From NCBI GenBank assembly GCA_023485645.1, contig JAMCZM010000016.1:3210-39794 (forward strand): a stretch of DNA of 36,585 nt. Reading direction: 5' to 3'. This document shows, in pieces, positions 8,523-17,721 of the stretch (positions are counted from its first letter, which is position 1; each line of letters begins with the position of its first letter). The stretch is from Candidatus Marsarchaeota archaeon (GTDB taxonomy: Archaea > Micrarchaeota > Micrarchaeia > Micrarchaeales > Micrarchaeaceae). Made by a program: the position numbers and the translations under genes. The notes under the pieces were generated by a model. The model was given only the letters and a program-made list of their open reading frames with translations. It searched no databases and was not told the DNA's origin.

Positions 8523-10787
8523 TCACTCAGATTTATTTTTTTTCTGTAATTTTTTCTTTTGTGTTGGTTTATCTTTTTTTGTTTTTTTAATTTTGGCTGA
8601 TTTCTTTGTGGCTATATTTTCATTTTGTTTTTTATTTGTTAAATTATTCGTGCCAACATCTATACCTTTGGTGTTGTCGTCTGCATTTTTATTAACTGTA
8701 AGTTTATCAGCTGTAATCAATGCAGGAGCATCATTTTTTTGATATATATTGCCCCATTCTTTTTTAGTTATGCAATTCGGATCAAGATCCATTTTAAACG
8801 GGCGCCTACCCTTTCTTATTACTTTTATAATTGGTGTTTTGCAGTGTTCACATGTTTCTCCCGTAGGCTCTATTTTTGCATTCTGGGGCAATGAATACGT
8901 ATTTGTGCAATTAGGGTAATTAGAACATCCCACAAATGTTTTTCCAGCTTTTGAGCGCCTAATTACAAGCGAGCCATTATCTTTAGGACATATACCTATA
9001 TTACTGCTATCTTTTACTGCAATGCGCATTGCTTCTGATATTTTATCTCTATTTGCGTCAAATGCCTTAAGTGCATCAAGTAGCATTGCCTTGCCTTCAT
9101 CAATAACCTCATCTTCACGTTTGCTGCCTTTGCTTATGCCCTCCATATCCTCTTCAAGTCTTCTTGTTGTTGTTTCTTCAACTATCATACTGCTGTTTGT
9201 TTTAAGCGCATCATAAACACTCATGCCAAATTTGGTTACGCCAAGGCTGCTGCCGCTCACTGTAGATATATAGCCACGTTTCGTGAGCGTATCAATTATT
9301 GCAGCACGTGTTGCTTTTGTTCCAAGCTCATGTCTTTCAAGTTCTGCTATAAGGCCCGCTTTTGTATATCTTTTAGGTGGCTGCGTTACAAGGCTGCGCA
9401 TATCTATATCTGTTCCAAAAATCTTTTCGTTTTTTACAAATTTTGGCAATTCACGCTCCCCAATTTCAACAAAAGGATATGTATCAAGCCATCCTTTATG
9501 TTTAATGCGCGCTCCGTTTGCCACATATAATTCACTGTTAAATTTGGCCGTAACTTTTAGTCTATCCACCTTTGCAGGTTCGCAAAAACAAGAAATAAAA
9601 CGTCTTACAATAATGTCATATAACTTTTTCTCCTCATCAGATAAGCTATTTGGTTCGATACCTGTAGGATATATTGCTGGGTGTGCGTCATCGCTTTTTT
9701 TACCTTCGATGGGCTTAAAGTTGCCTTTTGATATAACCTGTTCTGCGTCTTTTTTATAAGTATTATTTTTTGATAACAATTCTATTATATTTTTAAGTCC
9801 TATAGCTTCAGGAAGCTTTTGGGATGACGTTCTAGGATATGATATATACGAGCGCTCATATAACGATTGGGCAATAGCAAGTGTTCTTGTAGGGTCATAT
9901 CTACATACTCTGCTCGCTTCTATTTGTAAAGCAGTTAAATCAAATGGCGGATATGGATTTATGCTGCGCTCCTCAGCTTCAATATTCTCTATGATCCCAT
10001 TTTCCAATGTGTTTAATGTAATATTATATGCGCTATCTGCATCGTTCTTTTCAAATATGTCTCCACGTTTGTTAAGAAATTCGGCCTCTTTTATTTTTAA
10101 TGCCACTCTCCAAAAATCCTTTGGCACAAAAGCGGATATCTCCAACTCTTTTTTTGCAAGAATTCCCAAAGTGGGCCCCTGAACTCTCCCAATGCTTAAT
10201 GTACCACCTCTGTTTATCTGCCATCCATGCAATGCGCGGGTTAATGCTCTACTAAGATTTATGCCCCATATCCAATCTAATATATGCCGTGCTTCTCCAG
10301 CGTAAAAATTATTCATGTCTATTTCTAAAAGATTCTTATATGATTTAACAAGATCTGTATTTGTAGTAGTTGAAAATTTCATGCGTTTTGCGCTCTCTAC
10401 GCTTAAGTTTCCATAAAATCTTATGATATTTGTGCCTATAACCGTTCCCTCTATGTCGTAGTCGCAGGCATTTATAAACATCTCACATTTTGGCGCAATC
10501 TTCTCTATAACATCAAGATATTTTTTGGTAAAATCTGAGGATTTATTAACTTGGTATGATGGTGCCCATTCAACTTTTAACACCGGGTAATCCCTATTTT
10601 TTTCAGATTGTTTTATTGTAAAAACATGTCCTACTGCCGCAACAACATATATTTTATTCTCTCCATTATCTATTTCGTAGTAGCTTACATTGTTTTTACT
10701 TGATATGCGTTTTGCCCTTCCATCGCTAAGCGCAGCAGCAATTTTCCCTGCAACGCTGGGTTTCTCTGATACAATAAGCGTATTCAT
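8523..10787 (-). CDS. topA: DNA topoisomerase I (type IA)
   Basis: TOPRIM LIVSEKPSVA and NACDYDIEG, LSIGRVQGPTL, catalytic YISYPRT, DAHPAIYPT, LGTKATRAAII, zinc ribbons (CPKD, GCSNYPNC, CEHC), Lys-rich tail. Confidence 0.97.
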   Translation of the reverse strand: MNTLIVSEKPSVAGKIAAALSDGRAKRISSKNNVSYYEIDNGENKIYVVAAVGHVFTIKQSEKNRDYPVLKVEWAPSYQVNKSSDFTKKYLDVIEKIAPKCEMFINACDYDIEGTVIGTNIIRFYGNLSVESAKRMKFSTTTNTDLVKSYKNLLEIDMNNFYAGEARHILDWIWGINLSRALTRALHGWQINRGGTLSIGRVQGPTLGILAKKELEISAFVPKDFWRVALKIKEAEFLNKRGDIFEKNDADSAYNITLNTLENGIIENIEAEERSINPYPPFDLTALQIEASRVCRYDPTRTLAIAQSLYERSYISYPRTSSQKLPEAIGLKNIIELLSKNNTYKKDAEQVISKGNFKPIEGKKSDDAHPAIYPTGIEPNSLSDEEKKLYDIIVRRFISCFCEPAKVDRLKVTAKFNSELYVANGARIKHKGWLDTYPFVEIGERELPKFVKNEKIFGTDIDMRSLVTQPPKRYTKAGLIAELERHELGTKATRAAIIDTLTKRGYISTVSGSSLGVTKFGMSVYDALKTNSSMIVEETTTRRLEEDMEGISKGSKREDEVIDEGKAMLLDALKAFDANRDKISEAMRIAVKDSSNIGICPKDNGSLVIRRSKAGKTFVGCSNYPNCTNTYSLPQNAKIEPTGETCEHCKTPIIKVIRKGRRPFKMDLDPNCITKKEWGNIYQKNDAPALITADKLTVNKNADDNTKGIDVGTNNLTNKKQNENIATKKSAKIKKTKKDKPTQKKKLQKKNKSE

Positions 10788-10803
10788 TTTATCTGCCTAT
10801 AAC

Positions 10804-11061
10804 TTATTTCTTGTTAATTTTTGTATTGGTCGTATGCGCCTTTTTAGGCATAATGCTTTTCTTTATCAAGAAAGGAACTTCAAAATCCTTATTATCAACA
10901 TTTGACAATATCCATCCATTGAGCATGGCTATTATGATTGCTATAATAGCAATCAAATAAAATATAATGCCGCCGCCGAAGACTATAAAAACTATTATTG
11001 TGATTATTGTCAATATCACTGTAAGGGAGGCAAATGATAACTCTATGCTTTTACGATCCAT
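10804..11061 (-). CDS. Small membrane protein (2 TM, basic tail), function unknown
   Basis: 85 aa, two long hydrophobic helices separated by GGG. Ends 16 bp before the topA start, co-oriented. Confidence 0.6.
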   Translation of the reverse strand: MDRKSIELSFASLTVILTIITIIVFIVFGGGIIFYLIAIIAIIIAMLNGWILSNVDNKDFEVPFLIKKSIMPKKAHTTNTKINKK

Positions 11062-11077
11062 GCAAACACGTGATCAA

Positions 11078-11434
11078 TTGAATATATATTTAGTTATATT
11101 TATAACACTTGTTGCTGCTCTTATAGCTGCGCTGGCGCAGATAATATTTAAAAAAAATATAAAAGGCGAGATAAAAAGCATTAAAGGAATAATAAAACTC
11201 GCAAAGAATCAAATGGTGGTTACAGGCCTGTTCATGTATCTTATTAGTCTTGTTGTTTACCTGTATGCTCTGCATGATGCGCCTCTATCATTTGTATATC
11301 CAACATTTGCGAGTACTTTCATATTTGTTTTTATGTTAAGTGGAATTTTGCTTAAAGAAAAATACCCGGTGCATAGGCTTATCGGGGTGGCCTTAATATT
11401 TGTGGGTATAATTATTGTGGGTATATCATTGTAG
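11078..11434 (+). CDS. Small DMT/EamA-type 4-TM protein (ArnE/ArnF-like flippase subunit)
   Basis: AALAQIIFK, LYALHDAPLSFVYP and LLKEK..HRLIGVALIFVG motifs. Start moved from 10967 to the in-frame TTG at 11078 (GTGA just upstream), which avoids overlap with the minus-strand gene. Confidence 0.8.
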   Translation: MNIYLVIFITLVAALIAALAQIIFKKNIKGEIKSIKGIIKLAKNQMVVTGLFMYLISLVVYLYALHDAPLSFVYPTFASTFIFVFMLSGILLKEKYPVHRLIGVALIFVGIIIVGISL

Positions 11435-11769
11435 TGATAGAAATGAAAACAAAAACCACTAATATACTTATGCTCATATTTGGCGCACTTATGAGTGCGT
11501 TAGGGCAATTTTTATTTAAGTATGCGTTTTCTTTTTCATCATATACTTTAGATTTGTATTTGCTTTTAGGTGTGTTATTTTATATACTCTCTACAGGAAT
11601 ATATTTTTACGTTCTTAGCAGAACACATTTGACATGGGCATATAGTATAGGTGGTTTGTCATATGTATTTGCCTTCATATTTGCAAACTTTATAGAGCAA
11701 ATACCTATTTTGCGATGGATTGGGCTTGCAGTAATTACTGTGGGTGTATTTCTAATAGGTATGAGCTAG
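11434..11769 (+). CDS. Second small DMT/EamA-type 4-TM protein (partner subunit)
   Basis: SALGQFLFK, VLSRTHLTWAYS and RWIGLAVITVGVFLI motifs. Start abuts the previous stop codon. Confidence 0.8.
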   Translation: MIEMKTKTTNILMLIFGALMSALGQFLFKYAFSFSSYTLDLYLLLGVLFYILSTGIYFYVLSRTHLTWAYSIGGLSYVFAFIFANFIEQIPILRWIGLAVITVGVFLIGMS

Positions 11770-11790
11770 ACTAAAACTTCTTCCAAAAAT

Positions 11791-12855
11791 TTATCTGCTA
11801 AAAATGCTTGGAATATCCCCTACTATAGATTGGTATGCCTCACACGATGTCCAATGTTTAGGGTCCTTTCCATCACTGATAATTTTTTTCGCATCAACTG
11901 CTGCCTTACTATTTAAAATATCCGTTATACTATAATTATTTTCGCGGACATTCCCCAATTTTAAATCCCACATTATAGATGGATACAAATTTCCGTAGCT
12001 ATCAAGAAATACTGATGCCTCAATGCTCCTATTTTTTATCGGTGGAATTCCTGTAGCAGCATATTTAGAAAGATTTTTGAGAAATGTATTTTCAATTATC
12101 TGTATTGCGCTAAATTGACCTTCACGTGCTCTTACTATTTTGGATATTTCTTCAGATACCGCATTTGAATTGGGCGTAATTTGCATATGATCATTTCTAT
12201 AATAATTGCTAGATATTTGGCCAAGGTTTATATGAAAGTCATTATATCTTATTTTTGGAATATCATTTTTTACTGCGTTAAATGTTTCAAAGAATTTTCC
12301 TTGATTCATAGAACTTAATGTGTAACCAAAAACAAAATAAAGATTTTTGTACTTTGTTTTTAATTGCAAAAGACGCTTATACATGTTTATTACTCTGTCA
12401 TAATTGCCATTTACTCCTCTTATTTTATCATGCAGCTCTCTATACCCATCAAGGCTTAATGTTATTGCAAAGCGTGGTATGCCAAGCTTTAATATTTCCT
12501 CTATTTTAGATATTTCCATATCCGCATTACATAACGAGTTTGTAGGCATAGTCATTATGTATAAGCGTTTGGAATTTTTATAAAACGTACGCGCGATATC
12601 AACAATATCATTTCTTAAAAATACCTCTCCGCCAGTAATTTCTATCCATTTAAAGTAATTGTTTTTTTCTGCAATTTTATTTATTTCATCAATTCCCAGT
12701 TCATTTTTAGGTTTTATTTGCCATATATTGCATGTCAAACATCGAGATTGGCATAGGTATGTAATTGAAAAATTTAATTTATAAGGAAGTGATAAGTGTG
12801 TAAAATTGGATTTTAATGCGGTTGCCGCAAGGCCAAGCATTCTTTCAACAGCCAT
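11791..12855 (-). CDS. Radical SAM enzyme with degenerate SPASM/twitch-like C-terminus
   Basis: CQSRCLTC (CxxxCxxC), ITGGEVFLR and LSLDG..ELHDKIRGV.G.YD motifs. Confidence 0.92.
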   Translation of the reverse strand: MAVERMLGLAATALKSNFTHLSLPYKLNFSITYLCQSRCLTCNIWQIKPKNELGIDEINKIAEKNNYFKWIEITGGEVFLRNDIVDIARTFYKNSKRLYIMTMPTNSLCNADMEISKIEEILKLGIPRFAITLSLDGYRELHDKIRGVNGNYDRVINMYKRLLQLKTKYKNLYFVFGYTLSSMNQGKFFETFNAVKNDIPKIRYNDFHINLGQISSNYYRNDHMQITPNSNAVSEEISKIVRAREGQFSAIQIIENTFLKNLSKYAATGIPPIKNRSIEASVFLDSYGNLYPSIMWDLKLGNVRENNYSITDILNSKAAVDAKKIISDGKDPKHWTSCEAYQSIVGDIPSIFSR

Positions 12856-12918
12856 AATATCAATTAGTTGTTATTTTCTAATATATTTATACTTTTCTTG
12901 TTTATAAATACTATCAGC

Positions 12919-13593
12919 ATGTCTGAATTGATAAGCATTGTTATACCTACTTTAAATGAGAGTGAAAATATAGCCAAGGCTATAAAAGGAATAAGAAATG
13001 TGTTGAAAGGTTATAAATACGAGATAATAGTGGTTGATGGGCATTCACCAGATAATACTGATAAAATTGCGAAAAAGGCTGGGGCCACAGTAATATACGA
13101 TAGAATAGGCAAAGGCAGCGCGCTAAGGAAAGGATTTGATTATGCTAAAGGCGATATAATAATATCAATGGATGCGGATCTATCTAATGAACCAAAAGAA
13201 TTGAAAATATTAATTGCGGGAATAGAGGCAGGATACGATATATGTATGGGTTCTAGATTTCTTTTAGGCGGGGGTTCTGATGACATGCCATTATTGCGGC
13301 GTTTTGGGAATAGGGCATTTGTTTTGTTAGTTAACTTAATATATGGCGCGAAATATACTGATCTATGTTATGGTTATAGGAGTTTTTCCAAACGTGCAGT
13401 GAAAAAAATGCATCTAAATGAGCGCGGATTCGGAATAGAAACAGAGATAAATATACTTGCGAAAAAGTTTAATATGCATATATTAGAAGTGCCAAGCTAT
13501 GAGAAAAAAAGGGAACATGGCGTTGGCAAGTTGCGCAGTTTTTATGATGGGTATAAAATACTTAAAACGATACTGTCAAATATTTTCAATTAA
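12919..13593 (+). CDS. Family 2 glycosyltransferase, polyprenol-phosphate glycosyltransferase (DPM1/ArnC-like)
   Basis: ISIVIPTLNE, EIIVVDGHSPDNT, GKGSALRKG, MDADLS (DxD), GSRF, TDLCYGYR and FGIETE motifs. Likely start is the ATG at 12919 rather than the TTG at 12868. Confidence 0.92.
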   Translation: MSELISIVIPTLNESENIAKAIKGIRNVLKGYKYEIIVVDGHSPDNTDKIAKKAGATVIYDRIGKGSALRKGFDYAKGDIIISMDADLSNEPKELKILIAGIEAGYDICMGSRFLLGGGSDDMPLLRRFGNRAFVLLVNLIYGAKYTDLCYGYRSFSKRAVKKMHLNERGFGIETEINILAKKFNMHILEVPSYEKKREHGVGKLRSFYDGYKILKTILSNIFN

Positions 13594-15325
13594 ATTTATT
13601 TATTTGGTATATGGAGAATCGCTGTGTTGTATAGTTGTCTGTTGCCATAGCTAGTATTGTGGTATTAAATTCGTTTAATGCGCTTTGGCACATACTGCTA
13701 CCCTCTGGTGTATAACACCAAAATCCATAATCTATAACAAGGCATTTGTTATCATTCATGTATGAATTGTACTCGGTTTCATTTATATTTGATAAATAAC
13801 TGAATTGGAGTGAACTTTTATTGTTTATATTAAACAATGTAGGGTCGAAACTGAAAACAAGGCAATCATTTGGTATTTTATTAGAATTATTATATATAAA
13901 ATTCTCATAGAAGCGTGCACTGTTTGCCTGTGTTATATGTGAAGGGCTTATTGCTAAGTTATTGTACATAGAAAGAGTAGAGTAAAATATTAAAATTATA
14001 ATCACAATAAAAGTAGCATATATGACAAATGTGTTTTTTTGTATATGTTTTATTTCTAATATTCTGCCTATAGCAAATCCCCCAAATAAAGAGGCTAGTG
14101 GTATAAGTGCAAGGAAGAAGCGCCAATCTACTCCATATAATATTGAACCTGCATAAAAGGAGGTATATATTAAAAATACGATTATAAACCATATGCCTAA
14201 TGCAAATAACTCCCGCCTATTTTTTAAAAACATTAATGCGGCCCCAATTATTCCAAGTACTGTGAAAAATAATGGTTGCATTATAGGATAGCCATTCATT
14301 GTGCTGTAGCTGTTAAACCAGAATAAAACATTTGCGCATACATTCGCATTAAAATTTGCAAGATCTAGTGCTGCGGTTACGTGCAGTTGGGTATTATATT
14401 TGCTGCAGCTATTTGCTATTTGCGTATTGTTAAATCCATATCCATTATTATATTGGCTTGAAAAATATATTAGCGACGGAACAATGCCAATAATAAATAA
14501 TATAATTAGTATAAAATACCGTAAATCGATGTTAATTTTGAAGATTTTTTTTATATGTAATACATATTTTTTTAGTGTAGGGATAAGAGGTTTTTTGGAT
14601 AATGCCACATAAACTACAAAAAATATTGGTAAATACATGAGTGCATCGATTTTTGTATAAGTAAGCGCGCTAAAAGAAAATAACATAAACGCCCATGTCC
14701 ATATGCTTTTTTTTTCTATTAATAAAAGGAGCGCAAAGAATGTAATAATTGAATAAAGCATCATTACTATATCAGAATTTGTAGGGGCAGCCCATACTAA
14801 GAGCAATGGCGAGAGCGCAAATAATAATTCGCTAAAGAGCGCATATATGGGTTTTTTGAATAATACACTTGCCGCGGCAAAGAGTGCTACTATTGCAATA
14901 GCTCCAATAATTATAAACTCATAAAACGCAACATACCTATTTACGCCAAAAAAAAGAAAGCCTATGGCGAGCAAGAATGATGTTCCTATCGGTTCATGAA
15001 ATATCTGGCCCGATATGCAGTTTGTTGGGCTTCCATAATTACACATCCATGCCTGTCCTGTATGCAATAACATTTGAGCTCCGCCCTGGTATATGACATC
15101 ATCAAAGAATAGCTGCTGTGTGGTTTTTACTACAAATAATTCAATAATTAAAAAGAGCACCATTATTAAAAATGCAAAAATTAGATGCATTCGTTTAATA
15201 CCAATTTTTTTGAATGTATCAATAATCTCTTTTCTTATCACAATTAATGAAATAACTACGCCAAAAAAAGATACAAGCATTCCTATTGTAAAAATATACT
15301 CATCGATTCCCTGAGAAAAAATCAT
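13586..15325 (-). CDS. Polytopic GT-C-type glycosyltransferase (ArnT/PMT-like)
   Basis: More than 10 hydrophobic helices. Acidic pair in the first external loop (QQLFFDDVIY), then HEPIG, WRFFLALIP and a C-terminal external domain. Adjacent to the GT2 gene. Confidence 0.7.
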   Translation of the reverse strand: MIFSQGIDEYIFTIGMLVSFFGVVISLIVIRKEIIDTFKKIGIKRMHLIFAFLIMVLFLIIELFVVKTTQQLFFDDVIYQGGAQMLLHTGQAWMCNYGSPTNCISGQIFHEPIGTSFLLAIGFLFFGVNRYVAFYEFIIIGAIAIVALFAAASVLFKKPIYALFSELLFALSPLLLVWAAPTNSDIVMMLYSIITFFALLLLIEKKSIWTWAFMLFSFSALTYTKIDALMYLPIFFVVYVALSKKPLIPTLKKYVLHIKKIFKINIDLRYFILIILFIIGIVPSLIYFSSQYNNGYGFNNTQIANSCSKYNTQLHVTAALDLANFNANVCANVLFWFNSYSTMNGYPIMQPLFFTVLGIIGAALMFLKNRRELFALGIWFIIVFLIYTSFYAGSILYGVDWRFFLALIPLASLFGGFAIGRILEIKHIQKNTFVIYATFIVIIILIFYSTLSMYNNLAISPSHITQANSARFYENFIYNNSNKIPNDCLVFSFDPTLFNINNKSSLQFSYLSNINETEYNSYMNDNKCLVIDYGFWCYTPEGSSMCQSALNEFNTTILAMATDNYTTQRFSIYQINKFN

Positions 15326-17032
15326 CTACATTCCCCGTTTATTTATGACCATATAATCATTTATAAACATGTATTTTGTCCTACTTTTTTTCATCATCTC
15401 TAATGCATCCTCTGGAGATCTTACAATCGGATATCCATGTATGTTGAAGCTCGTGTTAAGCACTATACCATTTCCACTATCTTTCTTTATGGCTTTTAAT
15501 ATCTCATTATAATTGGCATTTTCATCACCAACAATCTGCGTTCTTGCAGTCCCATCAACATGTACCACAGATTTTAATTTTGTTTTAAATGCGTCTTTTA
15601 CATCATAAGCCATAGTCATAAATCTATCTATTCCTTTATTATCATACTCTATAATTTTATTCATGTCCTCCTCTAATATAGAGGGTGCAAAAGGTTGAAA
15701 CCATTCTCTTCTTTTTATGTGTATATTTAGCCGCTCTTTTACGTATTCTGAATCTGACGGGGCAATTATACTTCGATTGCCAAGTGCTCGTGGTCCATAC
15801 TCCATTCTACCATTAAATAAGAGCAGATAATTGCCCTTTGACAAAAGTTCTGATGCGTTTTTTGCAGCGCTTTTATGATCTAGTAATTCATAGGAAAATG
15901 AGCGTTCAGATCTTAATATTTTCTCTGTATATTCATTGCTATATTGGTCGCCAAGGTATGCTGATAACTTATAATTAAAATAGCCCTGATTTGTAAATCG
16001 TGTATATAAAGCAGCGCCGAGTGCTATACCTCCATCTCCCATATGTGGAAATACATACCACTGTTTTAGTCCGTCAAGCTTTCTTATCCTCATGTTTGCC
16101 TTAATATTTGAGAATATACCACCAGAGAGTGCAACATTTGGTATACCATACCTATCTATGCAGTTGCTTACGAATTTTGCTAGTGCCGCCTCTGTTAGTT
16201 GTTGTATCATAAATGCAAATTGCTCACGCGGCATAGACCATGCAATACGCATTAACATTTCATATTGTTTTCTTGGGTTATATCGCGCCCTTATCTGTGT
16301 ACCTTCCACTATAAAGAAGTCTATAAATTTATTATCCTTTATCTCAAATGGATATGAATAGTCTGCCATTGCCATAACTTTTCCTTCATCCTCAAGCTCG
16401 CGCATGCCTATTATGTTAGTTGCCTGTTCGAAGAAAATGCCAAGCGAATCCCTTGCGGGTATGCTGATTTTTTTTTCCACATCCCTATTATCTACAATAC
16501 TTATGCTCCCAGAATGTCCATCCCCAACTCCATCCATAGTAATTGCGATATGTTTACTCATATTAGAGGTCATCGAAGCAGTTGCCATATGTGCGTTGTG
16601 GTGTTCGACAATATGCAGTTTGAAATCTTTAAATCCCATATGTTTTAAATAGCTACTAAGTATCATGCTATTTAATTTATTTGATCCTGGCATTATCCCT
16701 ATGCCTGTTGTTGTGTATTTTATTTTGTGCCTTAAATGTTCGAATTGTGGTCTGTGCCCCTTTCTTCTTCTAAATGTATAATAATTTTCTCGTATGCCTG
16801 GAAAGAGCCGTTCAATTGTTTTTGAAAATTCTGTAGTAGTAAAAGCAATATCAGATATATCTCCAATCGGTATGCCTGTTGAGCATAAAGCGGCATTTAT
16901 GGCATTTTTTGGGAAACCTATCTCCAGTTTTCTTCGTGTGTACCTCTCTTCATTTGCGGCGAAGAGTATATTTTCATCATCTATAAGCGCTGCGCCCGCA
17001 TCATGTCCATCCCATATACCTAATATGTACAT
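15326..17032 (-). CDS. O-carbamoyltransferase, NodU/CmcH/TobZ family
   Basis: GHDAGAAL, EERYTRRK, EHHNAH, DGVGD, EGKVMAMA, EYGPRALGNRSI, KRREWFQPFAP, VHVDGTAR and LNTSFNIHGYPIV motifs. Confidence 0.95.
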   Translation of the reverse strand: MYILGIWDGHDAGAALIDDENILFAANEERYTRRKLEIGFPKNAINAALCSTGIPIGDISDIAFTTTEFSKTIERLFPGIRENYYTFRRRKGHRPQFEHLRHKIKYTTTGIGIMPGSNKLNSMILSSYLKHMGFKDFKLHIVEHHNAHMATASMTSNMSKHIAITMDGVGDGHSGSISIVDNRDVEKKISIPARDSLGIFFEQATNIIGMRELEDEGKVMAMADYSYPFEIKDNKFIDFFIVEGTQIRARYNPRKQYEMLMRIAWSMPREQFAFMIQQLTEAALAKFVSNCIDRYGIPNVALSGGIFSNIKANMRIRKLDGLKQWYVFPHMGDGGIALGAALYTRFTNQGYFNYKLSAYLGDQYSNEYTEKILRSERSFSYELLDHKSAAKNASELLSKGNYLLLFNGRMEYGPRALGNRSIIAPSDSEYVKERLNIHIKRREWFQPFAPSILEEDMNKIIEYDNKGIDRFMTMAYDVKDAFKTKLKSVVHVDGTARTQIVGDENANYNEILKAIKKDSGNGIVLNTSFNIHGYPIVRSPEDALEMMKKSRTKYMFINDYMVINKRGM

Positions 17033-17111
17033 AATAAGTAAGTATGTAAAAAAGATATAAAAAGCTAATAAAATAAATTAATAAATTTTAGTTCAATTAT
17101 TATTATATAAC

Positions 17112-17170
17112 GTAAAAAACACAATCTTTTTATATTATGTATATTCATAGTATTATGTTAAAACGGTGTT
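17112..17170 (+). promoter_or_regulatory. Putative archaeal promoter and RBS of the pilin gene
   Basis: A-rich stretch then TTTTTATAT at ~17127-17135. GGTG at 17165-17168 precedes the ATG at 17175. The region is very AT-rich, so the TATA assignment is uncertain. Confidence 0.45.
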
Positions 17171-17174
17171 AAAA

Positions 17175-17621
17175 ATGAACTCCAAGAAAAGTTTAACTGC
17201 AAAATTTGCAGTTATTAGTTCGAAATATGGCAAGATTCTAATATCAATGATGATCCTTTTTGGATACATCTCTGGTATTGGTATGTCACAGATAATAATA
17301 GGCGGAACTGGAACACAATCTGGTGTTGGTGGCGCGTTAAATGCAATATGTACAGTATATTCAGATGTTGAAACTGTAATATTCATATTGGGATTAACTC
17401 TGATGATACTGGGTGCGGCGCTATACGCTGGTTCTCATGTGATGCCTAGCCAATCAAAGGGTTCCCTACAAGGTTATGGAATGGGTATGATATTAGGAGG
17501 CGTAGTGGGTGTTATAATAGCTCTCTTAGCTCCATACATACTACAGTTGATAACAGGGCAGACTGCAGCGCAGATAACAGCACAATGCGGTAATATCGGA
17601 GGATTGCTGAGTGGATTTTAG
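17175..17621 (+). CDS. VirB2/TrbC-like (conjugative-type) pilin precursor
   Basis: Basic N-terminus and hydrophobic leader ending ...GIGMS|Q, an amphipathic helix, then a hairpin of two hydrophobic helices (IFILGLTLMILGAALYAG and MGMILGGVVGVIIALLAPYIL) joined by a short loop containing a Lys. No class III signal peptide motif. Lies upstream of VirB6-like and VirB4-like genes. Start may be 17166 or 17175. Confidence 0.7.
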   Translation: MNSKKSLTAKFAVISSKYGKILISMMILFGYISGIGMSQIIIGGTGTQSGVGGALNAICTVYSDVETVIFILGLTLMILGAALYAGSHVMPSQSKGSLQGYGMGMILGGVVGVIIALLAPYILQLITGQTAAQITAQCGNIGGLLSGF

Positions 17622-17641
17622 TCCATTCGGCATCTGATAAA

Positions 17642-17660
17642 CTCTTTTTCATTTTTTTTA
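17642..17660 (+). terminator. Oligo-T archaeal terminator after the pilin gene
   Basis: CTCTTTTTCATTTTTTTTA begins ~20 nt after the stop codon. Confidence 0.55.
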
Positions 17661-17721
17661 TTATTAATATTCTTTTTATATCTTTAGATTGAATCTATCT
17701 TAGTGCAACTGTTGTGATAAC

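Noticed and set aside
10967..11077. N-terminal extension of the first DMT protein
   Set aside because: It overlaps the opposite-strand 85-aa membrane gene, and the DMT-like sequence begins only after ~11078.
17175..17621. Type IV pilin or archaellin
   Set aside because: Lacks the class III signal motif (K/R-G/A|Q/x-x-x-x-E followed by one hydrophobic helix). No PilB/PilC-type genes are nearby, and it has a two-helix hydrophobic hairpin instead.
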